Shown piece by piece: positions 25,496-35,120 of a stretch of 55,098 bases of DNA. Both the position numbers and the translations under genes were made by a program. The notes below the pieces were generated by a model. That model had not been told where the DNA came from and did not search any database. It saw nothing but the letters and a program-made list of their open reading frames with translations. Location of the stretch: positions 1 through 55,098 of IMG/VR virus record IMGVR_UViG_3300013119_000328; one strand, 5' to 3'. The stretch comes from a virus. Lineage: Duplodnaviria > Caudoviricetes. Numbering within the stretch: position 1 is the stretch's first letter; every line of letters begins with the position of its first letter.

Positions 25496-26320
25496 CTATG
25501 GATTGAACACTGAATCATTGTTTGCTGCTTGGACCTCTGGCGGGACAGATTGCTGAATCGGCGCTGTTGCAGAGCCAGCAGAATGTCCGTAGGGGAACCC
25601 GCTATTCTGGAGATTCCCCCTGAACTCTCCTTTTCCGTCCCAACCTAACTCGTGCTCGTGGAGAGGTGTAAAATCAAGACTCAATGACAGTTCTTTGGGG
25701 GTTATGGTGTCGCCACTGATAAATACGCCTTGGTCCAAGTTTGGATTCGTCGAGAAGCCAGCAGCATAACCAAGGAGCCCACCACCTGTCTTGGCGTTCA
25801 TGATGAGGTTTGCGAACTTCACTCGCAATAGAGGCGCTGATTTGATCGTTGTTGCTCCACCTGCTTTTGAGGCATATGAGGGATATAGGAACTGCTCCAA
25901 AAGGGCAACTTTGGCAAGGTTCCTTTCGGCTTCTGCCTCGCTGAATGCTGGAATCACCCAGGCTGCCGTGATTTTGCGTGTAGTGCCCTGATATGTTGGT
26001 AATGGGTCCATGCGCCCATATGCGGGCTGCTCGTCCCAATTGGATGAGTAACTATCCGAAATCTCTGTCAAAAAGGCTGGGAATGACACCACCTTCCCTG
26101 TTGTGACATGGGTTATCTCTATTGATAGGCGCAGTTGGTCTGACAAGTTATCAACGGCAGAATCAGTCGCCCCGATGGGCAAAGAACTCATATTCGCCGA
26201 GCCTGCACCTTGAAGGGATGAATATCCTCTTGTGGACGCGTTGCTCCCGACATCCCTAGGGGCAGGATTCCCTTGTCCTCCTGTGGACGCTGGGCTTACT
26301 TTTCTTCTGTGGTCTTCCAT
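25496..26320 (-). CDS. Tail tube initiator / baseplate protein
   Basis: FPAFLTEISDSYSSNW...YGRMDPLPTYQGTTRKI, a tube-like pattern; directly after TMP. Confidence 0.6.
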   Translation of the reverse strand: MEDHRRKVSPASTGGQGNPAPRDVGSNASTRGYSSLQGAGSANMSSLPIGATDSAVDNLSDQLRLSIEITHVTTGKVVSFPAFLTEISDSYSSNWDEQPAYGRMDPLPTYQGTTRKITAAWVIPAFSEAEAERNLAKVALLEQFLYPSYASKAGGATTIKSAPLLRVKFANLIMNAKTGGGLLGYAAGFSTNPNLDQGVFISGDTITPKELSLSLDFTPLHEHELGWDGKGEFRGNLQNSGFPYGHSAGSATAPIQQSVPPEVQAANNDSVFNP

Positions 26321-26326
26321 CTTCTA

Positions 26327-28516
26327 TTATCCTATGCTGAACGCTGTTGACATCTTCTTGTTGAGTTGGTCGATTATGGCGTTGCCCAACTCCCTCTCAT
26401 TCAATATCAACTTCACTATGGTTGGTGTGTTTGATGCTTCTTTTTGTTGCCCGCTGGTGGCTTTGGCGAGTTCTTGGGTCTTGTCGTTCGGAACGACTTG
26501 TGCGCCTCGGGGGAGATTGACTAGCTCGGGTCCACGCTCACCGACGATGGCTGGACCACCTATGTGGTTGTCTGTGCCGTCTGCGAGCATCGGTATCTTG
26601 GGAATGCCCCACTCTTGTCCGCCAATGAGCGGGACCCAGTCGGGAACCTGAACTGATAAACTGCCCAGAGTTGAGTTGAATATTCCGGCGACTGCGTTAA
26701 GCGGACCCGTGAAAACCGAATAGAGTCCGCTAGCGACCGAAGTGATGGTGTCCCATAGTCCGGTAAACATCCCAGATATCCCTCCGACCACCATGTCCCA
26801 ATGCTTGTACAGAAGAGAACCAGCAGCTATGACCCAACCAATTGGCCCAAGCAAAAATGCCAGACTAACTGCCAAGAGATCGATCATCAGACCGCCCTCC
26901 ATAAATATCGAAACAAGTTCATCCCAATAGTAAATAGCCAAAGCAATGGGGGTGACCATTGCCGCAATGACGGCAATAAGCGGCAAGAAGGGTGCTATCG
27001 CAGCCCAGGCGGCTGTCGCGACCCCCCAAAGCGCACCAGACATAAGCCAGCTGACTGCGGCACCAACCTTTGACGCAGCGATCAGTCCCCACATCCCGCT
27101 AGCGGTGGAGAATAAACCTGCAACCGAAGCCCAAAGCCCTCCGATCAGTATTGGGAACAAGACGACGCCGAGGACGGTTGCCAATGAGTTGATTAGTATT
27201 TCTGACTCTGCGAGTTTAGAGGCGAGCCAACCAAGCGGAGTCAGCAGCACGGTGTTTAAAAAACCTGCCAAAGGGGCAAAGGCTGCGAACACCTGATCCT
27301 TAATCTTGCTTAGTTTCTCGCCAAGACTCTGAGTGCCTTCGATCAAATCATCAAATGACTTTTGGGCGGCGGTACGCTCTTCTTCTGGTCCCATCATTTT
27401 GCCGAGTGTTGAGACATCGATTCCCATTGCCTCTGCTGCTGCCATCTTCTGGAACTTCGACATGTCCTCGAATGCTGTTCCTGTTTCTAACATGTTGGAG
27501 CGGAGCATCTCCATACGTTCCGCCTCGGTGGCGTTCATCATTTCCATTGCGTTGAGGTTAGTTCCCAGTTGGGCGTTCAATTTGCCGACAGAAGATGCAG
27601 CGCCATCGAAAGTATCGAACTTGGCGGTCATCGAGAGGACTTCGTTCGTTTCTAACCCCATCTTCTTGGCAGCAGAGGCGATGTCCATGAAGACCTTCGT
27701 GGCTTGGTTGCCGTATTTGGCGAGATCCTTGCTGGCTGATGCGAAGTCTGCCGCCAACTGTGATGGCGAAGCGCCAATCTCGTTACCGAGAGTAACCAAT
27801 TCTTCCTGAAAGGCGATCGATTGCTCGACTGATTGTCCGAGGGCACCAACGAGCATATCGGTTATTTGGGCACTGGTGCCAGCCTCTATCCCAAATTGAG
27901 CCAATTCCGCTGTGGCACCGACAAGGGCGGACCGGGAGGCTTCTGTCTGGTGGGTGAACCCAACGAAATTTGTGTTCAAGGCACCAATTGATGCGGCAGC
28001 GTCGCCGCCGAAGCGAGCCATCACTTGTGCCGACTCTACTAAACTGGTGTTGAACTTGTTGACTAACCCTGTCTGTTTGGATATCTTTGCCGCTTGGTTG
28101 TGGACCTCCATGAGGCTCTTCTGGAACTGATCTGTTAACGAGTTTAGAGTCTCTTGTGCTTTGACTTGAATCTCTGCGAGCCTATTAATATTAGCCTGTG
28201 CTTTGGCTTCCTCTTTTCTCCTATCTTCCTCCTGTTCCGTTCGCTGGCGGAGGAGGTCCATCTGCTCTCTCGTCACTCCTGCGGTTTGGCGACGAAGTTC
28301 CAACTCAATTTCCATGCTTGCTACTAGTTTGGCATTACCAGCCGCTTCCGCCAGAGCAATCTTCTCTTTGAGGCTCAGTTCATCTTTGAGCAGGTCGAGA
28401 AGCTCCTTCTTCTGTTCTGCATTCTCTGCAATACCAAGCGCAGCAGTCTCAGCCGCTGATGGTCCTGATGGTCCTGATGGTCCTGATGGTCCGCCGCCCG
28501 AGTTGTCGTAACTCAT
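26327..28516 (-). CDS. Tape measure protein
   Basis: Helical Ala-rich body, hydrophobic segments, C-terminal LADG...VGERGPELV motif. Confidence 0.8.
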   Translation of the reverse strand: MSYDNSGGGPSGPSGPSGPSAAETAALGIAENAEQKKELLDLLKDELSLKEKIALAEAAGNAKLVASMEIELELRRQTAGVTREQMDLLRQRTEQEEDRRKEEAKAQANINRLAEIQVKAQETLNSLTDQFQKSLMEVHNQAAKISKQTGLVNKFNTSLVESAQVMARFGGDAAASIGALNTNFVGFTHQTEASRSALVGATAELAQFGIEAGTSAQITDMLVGALGQSVEQSIAFQEELVTLGNEIGASPSQLAADFASASKDLAKYGNQATKVFMDIASAAKKMGLETNEVLSMTAKFDTFDGAASSVGKLNAQLGTNLNAMEMMNATEAERMEMLRSNMLETGTAFEDMSKFQKMAAAEAMGIDVSTLGKMMGPEEERTAAQKSFDDLIEGTQSLGEKLSKIKDQVFAAFAPLAGFLNTVLLTPLGWLASKLAESEILINSLATVLGVVLFPILIGGLWASVAGLFSTASGMWGLIAASKVGAAVSWLMSGALWGVATAAWAAIAPFLPLIAVIAAMVTPIALAIYYWDELVSIFMEGGLMIDLLAVSLAFLLGPIGWVIAAGSLLYKHWDMVVGGISGMFTGLWDTITSVASGLYSVFTGPLNAVAGIFNSTLGSLSVQVPDWVPLIGGQEWGIPKIPMLADGTDNHIGGPAIVGERGPELVNLPRGAQVVPNDKTQELAKATSGQQKEASNTPTIVKLILNERELGNAIIDQLNKKMSTAFSIG
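28456..28492. repeat. 9-bp tandem repeat x4 encoding (GPS)4 at the TMP N-terminus
   Basis: ctgatggtc x4. Confidence 0.9.
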
Positions 28517-28525
28517 CTGCTAACC

Positions 28526-28858
28526 CTACTTGAGAGGCCAGTTGATGCCAGTCTCTTTCTCAAACTTAGCAATAGAGTGTTTCAGTTGGTGGCGGCGCTT
28601 AAAGACCATAGGATCATCTAGACCATATTTCTTGATGGCATTCATGAATAGCTTCTCTTTGGTGAGAGCATCCGTAAAACGCATTATCTGAATGCGATTG
28701 CCCTGAACTCTCACAGGGACGCTGGTTCCTTTAAACATCTTCTCTAAAAGATACTGCATCCAAGCGGCGAAGACCTTGATCATGTTCTCGTTGATCGCTT
28801 CTCCTCCCAGCGAGTTTAGATCAATGACCATATTTTCAAAGTCTTGTTCCTTTTCCAT
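28526..28858 (-). CDS. Hypothetical late protein
   Basis: Likely start MEKEQDF; ends FEKETGINWPLK; CTACTTA variant motif upstream. Confidence 0.65.
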   Translation of the reverse strand: MEKEQDFENMVIDLNSLGGEAINENMIKVFAAWMQYLLEKMFKGTSVPVRVQGNRIQIMRFTDALTKEKLFMNAIKKYGLDDPMVFKRRHQLKHSIAKFEKETGINWPLK

Positions 28859-28921
28859 CTTTCTTATTGCTCCCCGATAATCATTGTTTAGCCTGTGGGC
28901 TATTGTAAGTAGGTAGGACAC

Positions 28922-28948
28922 AAATAATAAAGGAGGCTTGCGCCCCCT
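28922..28948 (-). terminator. Rho-independent terminator
   Basis: AGGGGGC-GCAA-GCCUCCU stem (one G-U pair) followed by UUAUUAUUU. Confidence 0.65.
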
Positions 28949-28958
28949 CTACTAATAA

Positions 28959-29168
28959 CTAGTAACTCCGCTTAGAGCGTGCTTGCGATGCCGCTTTCTT
29001 TTGTTGCTCGTTCTCTTCCTTTATCTGATCCGCAAGTCTCTTCAAGAACCACCTTCTCAACTTGATTGGCAAGTTGTATGCCTCAAAGAAACTCCAGCCT
29101 CCGTAATACTTTAACTGGAAGAACTCGTTATATACTGACTCTGAATACTCAGGCGTCAGGCCATAGAA
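28959..29168 (-). CDS. Tail chaperone C-terminal extension, probably frameshift-expressed
   Basis: FYGLTPEYSE...GGWSFFEAYNLP...RRWFLKRL in the +1 frame; no ATG or RBS of its own. Confidence 0.6.
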   Translation of the reverse strand, partial: FYGLTPEYSESVYNEFFQLKYYGGWSFFEAYNLPIKLRRWFLKRLADQIKEENEQQKKAASQARSKRSY

Positions 29169-29997
29169 AGTTGACAGTGAGCGGGACCGCCCGGCCCGCT
29201 TGTTCGAAATCACAATTAGAGCACTCAAAATCAGTCTCCAAAGAGACCGAAGGTGTAATTTGTCCGTGAACCTCGCGGATATAACGAGAATCCATTGCTG
29301 GCATGTTGTCTACAAACGAATTTACGAAGGCGAGATCTGGGTTGCCGTTTACCGACACAATCATCTGCCGCAATTGAGTCGTTAGATTTGAATCGGGCAG
29401 ACGGTGCTGTTTCCGCTTGGCTGTCGTGCGGGCGATAGCTAACTCATCTGCCCCTGTCATCATCCGACACTCTACTGTGGCTTTTGTTGCCGGGACGGCG
29501 AACTTATAGGTGTTGCTCGCTGTGAACTCAACTCCCTCTATTTCTTCTGACTCATGAGTGGTGGTAACCGCTTCGATGGAGAATGTGCCGTCTTCTACTG
29601 ACTCACACCGAGGACAGGTGACTTGGGTGGCATACTCGTCGCCATAGCCCGTGACTCGGGCGGCGATGAGGATGGCACTCTTGTCTCCCGTTAGGAGGTC
29701 TTTTGCCTTGATGGACTTGTTGAGGATTACGCTTTCCACCAGTCGGTCAAGTACGAGACCCTTCTTGATGAGCGATTTGGAGGTTAGGATGTCCTCCTCT
29801 TTTGCTGTCATAAACCTGATCTCGATAGAATCCTCCTCATAGAGAGGATGACCGTCGGGATAGAACTTACCCCGAGATGGCAAGGGGACGAACTCCGTTG
29901 GAGTCGACCAAGACATTGGGGTGCCTGTGGGGGCAATTGCAGAAGGGGACCCCGTCGAAGACGAAGACCCCCCTGTGCGTTCATTGTTTCTGCTCAT
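29149..29997 (-). CDS. Tail/baseplate assembly chaperone (T4 gp26-like)
   Basis: VPLPSRGKFYP, MTAKEEDIL, GDKSAILIAARVTGYG, two CxxC, ends FLWPDA. Confidence 0.75.
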   Translation of the reverse strand: MSRNNERTGGSSSSTGSPSAIAPTGTPMSWSTPTEFVPLPSRGKFYPDGHPLYEEDSIEIRFMTAKEEDILTSKSLIKKGLVLDRLVESVILNKSIKAKDLLTGDKSAILIAARVTGYGDEYATQVTCPRCESVEDGTFSIEAVTTTHESEEIEGVEFTASNTYKFAVPATKATVECRMMTGADELAIARTTAKRKQHRLPDSNLTTQLRQMIVSVNGNPDLAFVNSFVDNMPAMDSRYIREVHGQITPSVSLETDFECSNCDFEQAGRAVPLTVNFLWPDA

Positions 29998-30021
29998 TTA
30001 ATAACCTTTCGTTGATACTCT

Positions 30022-30050
30022 ATTGTATCATTGTTTTTGTTGCCCGTTAA
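30022..30050 (-). promoter_or_regulatory. Possible sigma70-type promoter for the tail chaperone
   Basis: TTAACG-N17-TACAAT with TG extension; GGCAACAAAAAC forms the spacer. Confidence 0.5.
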
Positions 30051-30061
30051 GGGCGTATTCG

Positions 30062-30607
30062 CTAGTAACCGGCTGCTGGCTGTCCTGACTTTGATAGCTC
30101 GGCCCAATCGTACTTGATTGTAGCTTGGAGTTCCATTAGTCCGTCGTCCTCATAGGAGAGGGTCTGACCGAAATCGACGCTACTGAACCAAGCGTTCTTC
30201 AAGTCCCACACTTCGATCTCTCCGCCGTCGGCGTCGAGCTGGACGATGCGAACTGCGCCGCCGATGGCTGCGATAGCCTTGGCCTTGCTCGTGGTCTGGA
30301 TTGCGTTTGGGCTGTCGGGATAAGAATAGCCCGACTTCATGATGGCGTTTAGAAGGGTGCGAGCCATGTCGGGGGCGACTGGGTCAGCCAAAGTGACGGA
30401 CATCTCTCCCTTCCAAGTCACACGACCGGGGAACTTGAACTCGTGATTCAAGAAGGTGTGCTTACTCTCTGTGATCTCCATAGTGGGCTTGTCAGCCTGT
30501 TTGATGACCCAAACGGGGATCCCGCCGATGTAGAGGAAAAACCTATATTTGCGTTTTGGGTCGGACGCTGCGTCCCCCCAGAAAATACCTTCGCCTGCGT
30601 TTGCCAT
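30062..30607 (-). CDS. Tail tube protein (gp19-like)
   Basis: DPKRKYRF...FPGRVTW...LDADGGEIEVWDL...IKYDWA; follows the sheath. Confidence 0.85.
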   Translation of the reverse strand: MANAGEGIFWGDAASDPKRKYRFFLYIGGIPVWVIKQADKPTMEITESKHTFLNHEFKFPGRVTWKGEMSVTLADPVAPDMARTLLNAIMKSGYSYPDSPNAIQTTSKAKAIAAIGGAVRIVQLDADGGEIEVWDLKNAWFSSVDFGQTLSYEDDGLMELQATIKYDWAELSKSGQPAAGY

Positions 30608-30647
30608 TTATTCGTTACTCCTTGTGGTAAATAGTTTCGTTTAGGGG

Positions 30648-33638
30648 TTAGTCCTCGAAGGATGCCCCTGTGTTTGTGATCGCAAAGTCAATAGCGAAGA
30701 ACTCAACAGAGCGGGTAGGCTTGAGGAGGATCTTTGCGTACATAATGTTACGGTCTTGTAGATCTGGTGTCGTCGTTGACTCGTCCAAAATGAGTTTGAA
30801 GTCCTCAAGTCCGTAGCGTGATTTGACACTGCGGAGGATAGGTTCAGCCTGACCGATGAAGCGGTTCCAGGTAGACTGAGTGTTCTGGTCGAACAACATA
30901 CGACTTGCGATGAAACTGATCTCCTTCTTGAGGTAGATCATTAGGCGGCGCACATTCACTCGATCCAAGGCAGACGGGGTGATTTGTAGTGTCTTCTGTC
31001 CGAAGATTACAATTCCTTCTGCTGGGAACTGGGCGATTGGGTTGATGTTTGCCTCATAAAGAGCGTCACGATCTTCCGATGTTAGGCGACGAGAGGTGTC
31101 TAGGACGGGGATACCAGCGGCACCCTCGCTTAGTCCGCCTCGGGAAAAACCAGCAGGAGCGAACCATGGAGCCTTCACACGATCCGTGTGAGAGTAGGCA
31201 CCGAGGGCTGCGATTGATGGAGGAGCCCAGAGGTTCTGGCTCGTGAACGTATCCTGAATCTTGATCCAGGGGTAGTAGCAAGCACCATAAGAAGTGTTGA
31301 GCCCACGGTCACGCAAAGCGTCGACTGTGGTCTCTATGCTGTTGGCGCTGCGAACTTCAAACGAAGTCTTGGCTTCCGCTGCGGGGATGAGGCTTCCGCT
31401 TGACAAATCGATGATTGCCATGGCATCACCTCGGTTCTCACAAACATCTACCATCTTCTGAGTTGTTGCTGTGTCTGTGACGCCAGGCGCTACGAGCAGG
31501 TTGTACTGAGCGGCCTCTGGGTCACGGACAACATCGATTGCTCGCACTAAAGTGTGCTTGGCGTAGTCAGTCGTCTCGGTGCCGAGAGCAGAGTTGCGGA
31601 AAGGCTCACGCTCAAGGATGTCTAGTCCGTCTGTTCCGCCATGGAGGCAGGTTGTGAACTTGGTGAATCCAGCATTGAGGACGTTCTTCCAACTCTCGTC
31701 TTGGGTAAGAGGGTTGACCGATGCGCCTCCACGAACCTTTGCCGTGGGGAAGTCCTTGCCTGCCGTGAAACTATCGCCGGCGAGGCGGGCACCACGGACA
31801 TATTCCGCTGAGGTGGGCTTGTCCGTCACCGGCTTCACATCATCCAATGTAAAGACATAAGGCGTGACTACCGTGGAAGTGGTGAGATTGGGGTCTGAGG
31901 TGGCTCCGGCTTCCTCGATGCCATAGGCGACAGTCGGATCGTTGACCCCTTGTGCTAGACCGCAGAGCATATCAATGACCGAAGGATTCAGTGAGGCGTC
32001 TGTGTGGCTCTTGCCTAGGTAGGTACCAAAATAAGACTTCTTGGGGGCTGCGCCTACCCAAGATGAGTCAGTGACGAGTGGCACCTCAGGGAATCGGAAC
32101 TCAGGGGCGTGAGCGAGGACGCCATCCAGGATGCGGGCGTCGAGGGCGGCGCTGGAACCCTTCGTCCCGAAAGCGCCAACACCGGAACCGTCGAGCATGG
32201 TTTCGGCAGAGCTGACGAAGTCAGTGGCTGCGGCAACCAAGTTTACGTTGCGATACTTGGGAGCGCCCCAAAACCCGAAGGGTAGGTAGGCTGCATCGGC
32301 AGATCCCGCATCGACATCGGAGTCCATCACCACTCGAACGATGTTCGACTTGTTTGAGTGATTGCCGTAAGCCTTCATTCTCTTCTCAGAGGAGTCGTAC
32401 TTGGAGTAGCGGTCGCCGATCTTGGCCGCAATATAATTGGGGGAAGATGGGTTTAGGTTACACCCAGAGAACCTCTCTAGCGTCTCTGGGCGGGCGTCTG
32501 TGTCCCCAAGGCGTCGAAGGAGGATAGTGAAAGTACCATAAGGATCTGAAGTATTTGTTGACGCCTTGATGTCGACGACGGATATCTTGACTTCACGCTG
32601 AGTCTGTGATCCCCCGTCAAGCGCCTCAATGCGGAATAGTTTCTGCATATCTTCTGGCTTGTATCCGGCGATGTTGCCCGAGATGTCTTGTGAGATAAAC
32701 CAACCTGTGGATGCTTTCTGGGATGCGTAAAGACGATTGGATTGTTCTTCTTGTCCGCCACCCGTAGATTGTAGCGGCATAAGGGCTGCAAGATATTTCT
32801 CGGTAGAGACATTTGGTTCGACTTGTTCTCCACCCAACTGGGAATACATCTGGTTGAAGTCGCCGCCGACTACGTGCTCAAACGACTCGCCCAAGAAGTA
32901 GTTCTCGACCGTGTTATTTATGTCACTGTTGAGGAGCGTTGGGTTTGTGTTTAGAACCTTACGGATGAATTTGTCGCTATTGCGATCGAAGTTGAATTCT
33001 TTGATAGAGTCATCGCCCATCACCAACTTGACATGTCCAGCGGTGGCGCTCTCAACTAAGGTGCAAGATGCTGTGACAGCGACGTCGGTGCCGGCGGCAG
33101 TATTGTACCCTGACACTCGGGCTCGGTTACCCGCCACTCCTGTCTTGTTGTAGATGACGGCAACAAGTGACCCTGTTAGTTGTCCGTTGTTGGCGTCGAT
33201 TGCAGCAGATCCTGAAGGAAATAAGAACAGCCCCTGTGCTCCACCCGTATTATCGTCGGCAGACAAGTTTCCAACCTTCCAACCAGCAGCGCCATCGGTT
33301 CCATCGGCGGCGTCGGGGTGTTGCTCGCCAAGTAGGCGAACCATGGTTACTGTTGGGTTATTCTTCAGCCATGCCTGAGCAGCATAGGCGGCATATGTAG
33401 GAGCGGTGAGGTTTCCGTCACGCCACACATCCTCTCCTTGGGCTCCGGCAACAGGCTCGCCGAATACAGTGACGAACTCAGAGTAGGACTCTACAGTCAC
33501 AGGGCGCATCCCAGGTCCCTTGCGGGTTCTGCCGATGATCATCGGTCCGATGGTGCCAGGCTCTCTTGGTAGTTGCGAGTTGTCGATTTCGTTGACGAAC
33601 ACGCCAGGGGATACAAATTTGAATTTCTTCTCAGACAT
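30648..33638 (-). CDS. Tail sheath protein (gp18-like)
   Basis: FVSPGVFVNEID; PWFAPAGFSRG; INPIAQFP; GQKTLQ; LDRVNVRRL. Confidence 0.96.
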   Translation of the reverse strand: MSEKKFKFVSPGVFVNEIDNSQLPREPGTIGPMIIGRTRKGPGMRPVTVESYSEFVTVFGEPVAGAQGEDVWRDGNLTAPTYAAYAAQAWLKNNPTVTMVRLLGEQHPDAADGTDGAAGWKVGNLSADDNTGGAQGLFLFPSGSAAIDANNGQLTGSLVAVIYNKTGVAGNRARVSGYNTAAGTDVAVTASCTLVESATAGHVKLVMGDDSIKEFNFDRNSDKFIRKVLNTNPTLLNSDINNTVENYFLGESFEHVVGGDFNQMYSQLGGEQVEPNVSTEKYLAALMPLQSTGGGQEEQSNRLYASQKASTGWFISQDISGNIAGYKPEDMQKLFRIEALDGGSQTQREVKISVVDIKASTNTSDPYGTFTILLRRLGDTDARPETLERFSGCNLNPSSPNYIAAKIGDRYSKYDSSEKRMKAYGNHSNKSNIVRVVMDSDVDAGSADAAYLPFGFWGAPKYRNVNLVAAATDFVSSAETMLDGSGVGAFGTKGSSAALDARILDGVLAHAPEFRFPEVPLVTDSSWVGAAPKKSYFGTYLGKSHTDASLNPSVIDMLCGLAQGVNDPTVAYGIEEAGATSDPNLTTSTVVTPYVFTLDDVKPVTDKPTSAEYVRGARLAGDSFTAGKDFPTAKVRGGASVNPLTQDESWKNVLNAGFTKFTTCLHGGTDGLDILEREPFRNSALGTETTDYAKHTLVRAIDVVRDPEAAQYNLLVAPGVTDTATTQKMVDVCENRGDAMAIIDLSSGSLIPAAEAKTSFEVRSANSIETTVDALRDRGLNTSYGACYYPWIKIQDTFTSQNLWAPPSIAALGAYSHTDRVKAPWFAPAGFSRGGLSEGAAGIPVLDTSRRLTSEDRDALYEANINPIAQFPAEGIVIFGQKTLQITPSALDRVNVRRLMIYLKKEISFIASRMLFDQNTQSTWNRFIGQAEPILRSVKSRYGLEDFKLILDESTTTPDLQDRNIMYAKILLKPTRSVEFFAIDFAITNTGASFED

Positions 33639-33691
33639 TTAGGGTTTCTCCTTGTTTATATAAAGCGTCTCTATGGTCGCCTGCTCTTTAC

Positions 33692-33698
33692 TAAATAG
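33692..33698 (-). promoter_or_regulatory. Candidate late promoter CTATTTA (example upstream of the sheath)
   Basis: Same 7-mer is intergenic at 8130, 30628, 33692, 36405, 40977 and 52112. Confidence 0.6.
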
Positions 33699-33727
33699 TG
33701 TTGTTTGTGACCAAACGACTATTAGTG

Positions 33728-34636
33728 TTAGGGGTTGATTTTATTCTTCTTGCCAACTACCTCAAATACATCGGGGTTGGACGAGGTCTTCTTCTTGATG
33801 TGATAGTCTAGTTCGTCCTGTGTGATTGCTCTTTCTCTTTGGAACTTGACTTCTGCTGCTGTCTCTCTCACTACGATAAATGGTTGTTCTTGGTTTACAT
33901 CATCCCCTATGATATACCCTAAAACCTTGATTGTTAAGGTGGTGTTAAACTTTCTTTCTTCTTGCCCGAGAGAGGCTGCGTTATTGTCTTGGGAGAAAGA
34001 GGGCTGGATGAAGGCTTCGTACTTGTTGCCTTCGTGGCGAATGATGAAGGAGTTTTGGGCTCCGGTTCTCGTCATAAAAGGTGTTGTGAGTTGGTTCATC
34101 TGCTGGAGATACTCTGTTGTGATTGAGATTGTGAACTCTACATCCAAATAGACAGGCTGGGGGATGCTGATTGTTTCGTAGACGATCTTGCTGTTTTCAC
34201 GAGGCCCAGTTTTGAAGGTTTTGTCGCCAGATGGGCGAATGCTGTCTGCGTTTGCTCTGTCTCTTGTTTTCTCCTGTTGGACACGGCGGGCTATAGTGAC
34301 TGAGCCGCCTTTAGCATCGGGGTTAGGGGGCATATTTGCCCAATAGATGCCTCGACTGCCAGGGTCCTTCGTGATGGAGGTTCTCTCGACGGAAATCATC
34401 GGATAAATGAGTGTTGATTGTTTGTCGCGAAGGTTCACACTGCTCTTTATCATGTGTGCCCGCTCTTGGGTTGAGAAAAGTACAGGTACCTTCTTGAAAC
34501 CCTTGTTCGTGTCGCAAAACAAGTTCATCGTCTCATCAACATGTCTGAAAAGAGCGAAATCAATCGTCTCCAGGGTCGATGGGTTTATTGGGAAGTGTGT
34601 CTTCTTCTGTTCGTCTAACTCTGTTCTACGAGGCAT
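33728..34636 (-). CDS. Tail terminator / sheath stabilizer (gp15-like)
   Basis: LIYPMISVER...PQPVYLDVEFTISITTEYLQQMNQL; between neck and sheath genes. Confidence 0.65.
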   Translation of the reverse strand: MPRRTELDEQKKTHFPINPSTLETIDFALFRHVDETMNLFCDTNKGFKKVPVLFSTQERAHMIKSSVNLRDKQSTLIYPMISVERTSITKDPGSRGIYWANMPPNPDAKGGSVTIARRVQQEKTRDRANADSIRPSGDKTFKTGPRENSKIVYETISIPQPVYLDVEFTISITTEYLQQMNQLTTPFMTRTGAQNSFIIRHEGNKYEAFIQPSFSQDNNAASLGQEERKFNTTLTIKVLGYIIGDDVNQEQPFIVVRETAAEVKFQRERAITQDELDYHIKKKTSSNPDVFEVVGKKNKINP

Positions 34637-35114
34637 CGAATAAACCCTCCCTTGCCTTGCGACATGTTGCTACAACTTCCAGCTTGGAGCCGTCCTGTCC
34701 GAATAGGTACCTCGGCTCTTGGAGTTGCGTTATTTCATAGTATTTGTTGTCGTACTGGACGAAGTCGCCCTCTCTCACCCACAAATCCTGATCCTCTGTG
34801 AGGCGTCTCTTGTGAAAGTGTGCCTCGAAGCTGTCCGTCTTATCTAAACCAAACTTCTCGGATTTGCTCTCGCTTCCGCTGTAGTTGATTAGGACATAGA
34901 CCCTTATTGGGTTTAGGAAGGTCTTCTTTATCGCCTCGCCATAGAGGGCGTGGTAGTTTGTCCTCTTTTGGTCTATCGGGAAGTACAATAGTTGCTGTCC
35001 TATTACCTTCTCTATTATCTCGTCGTTGACCTGTTTTACTAAGTCTTTTTCTTTTTGCCCGACGAAGAGAGGGGCGGGTGGGGACTCGGGTTGGGACCAT
35101 TTGTTATCACTCAT
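34626..35114 (-). CDS. Neck / head-closure protein (gp14-like)
   Basis: YHALYGEA...REGDFVQYDNKYYEI; position. Confidence 0.65.
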   Translation of the reverse strand: MSDNKWSQPESPPAPLFVGQKEKDLVKQVNDEIIEKVIGQQLLYFPIDQKRTNYHALYGEAIKKTFLNPIRVYVLINYSGSESKSEKFGLDKTDSFEAHFHKRRLTEDQDLWVREGDFVQYDNKYYEITQLQEPRYLFGQDGSKLEVVATCRKAREGLFDAS

Positions 35115-35120
35115 TTGCTA

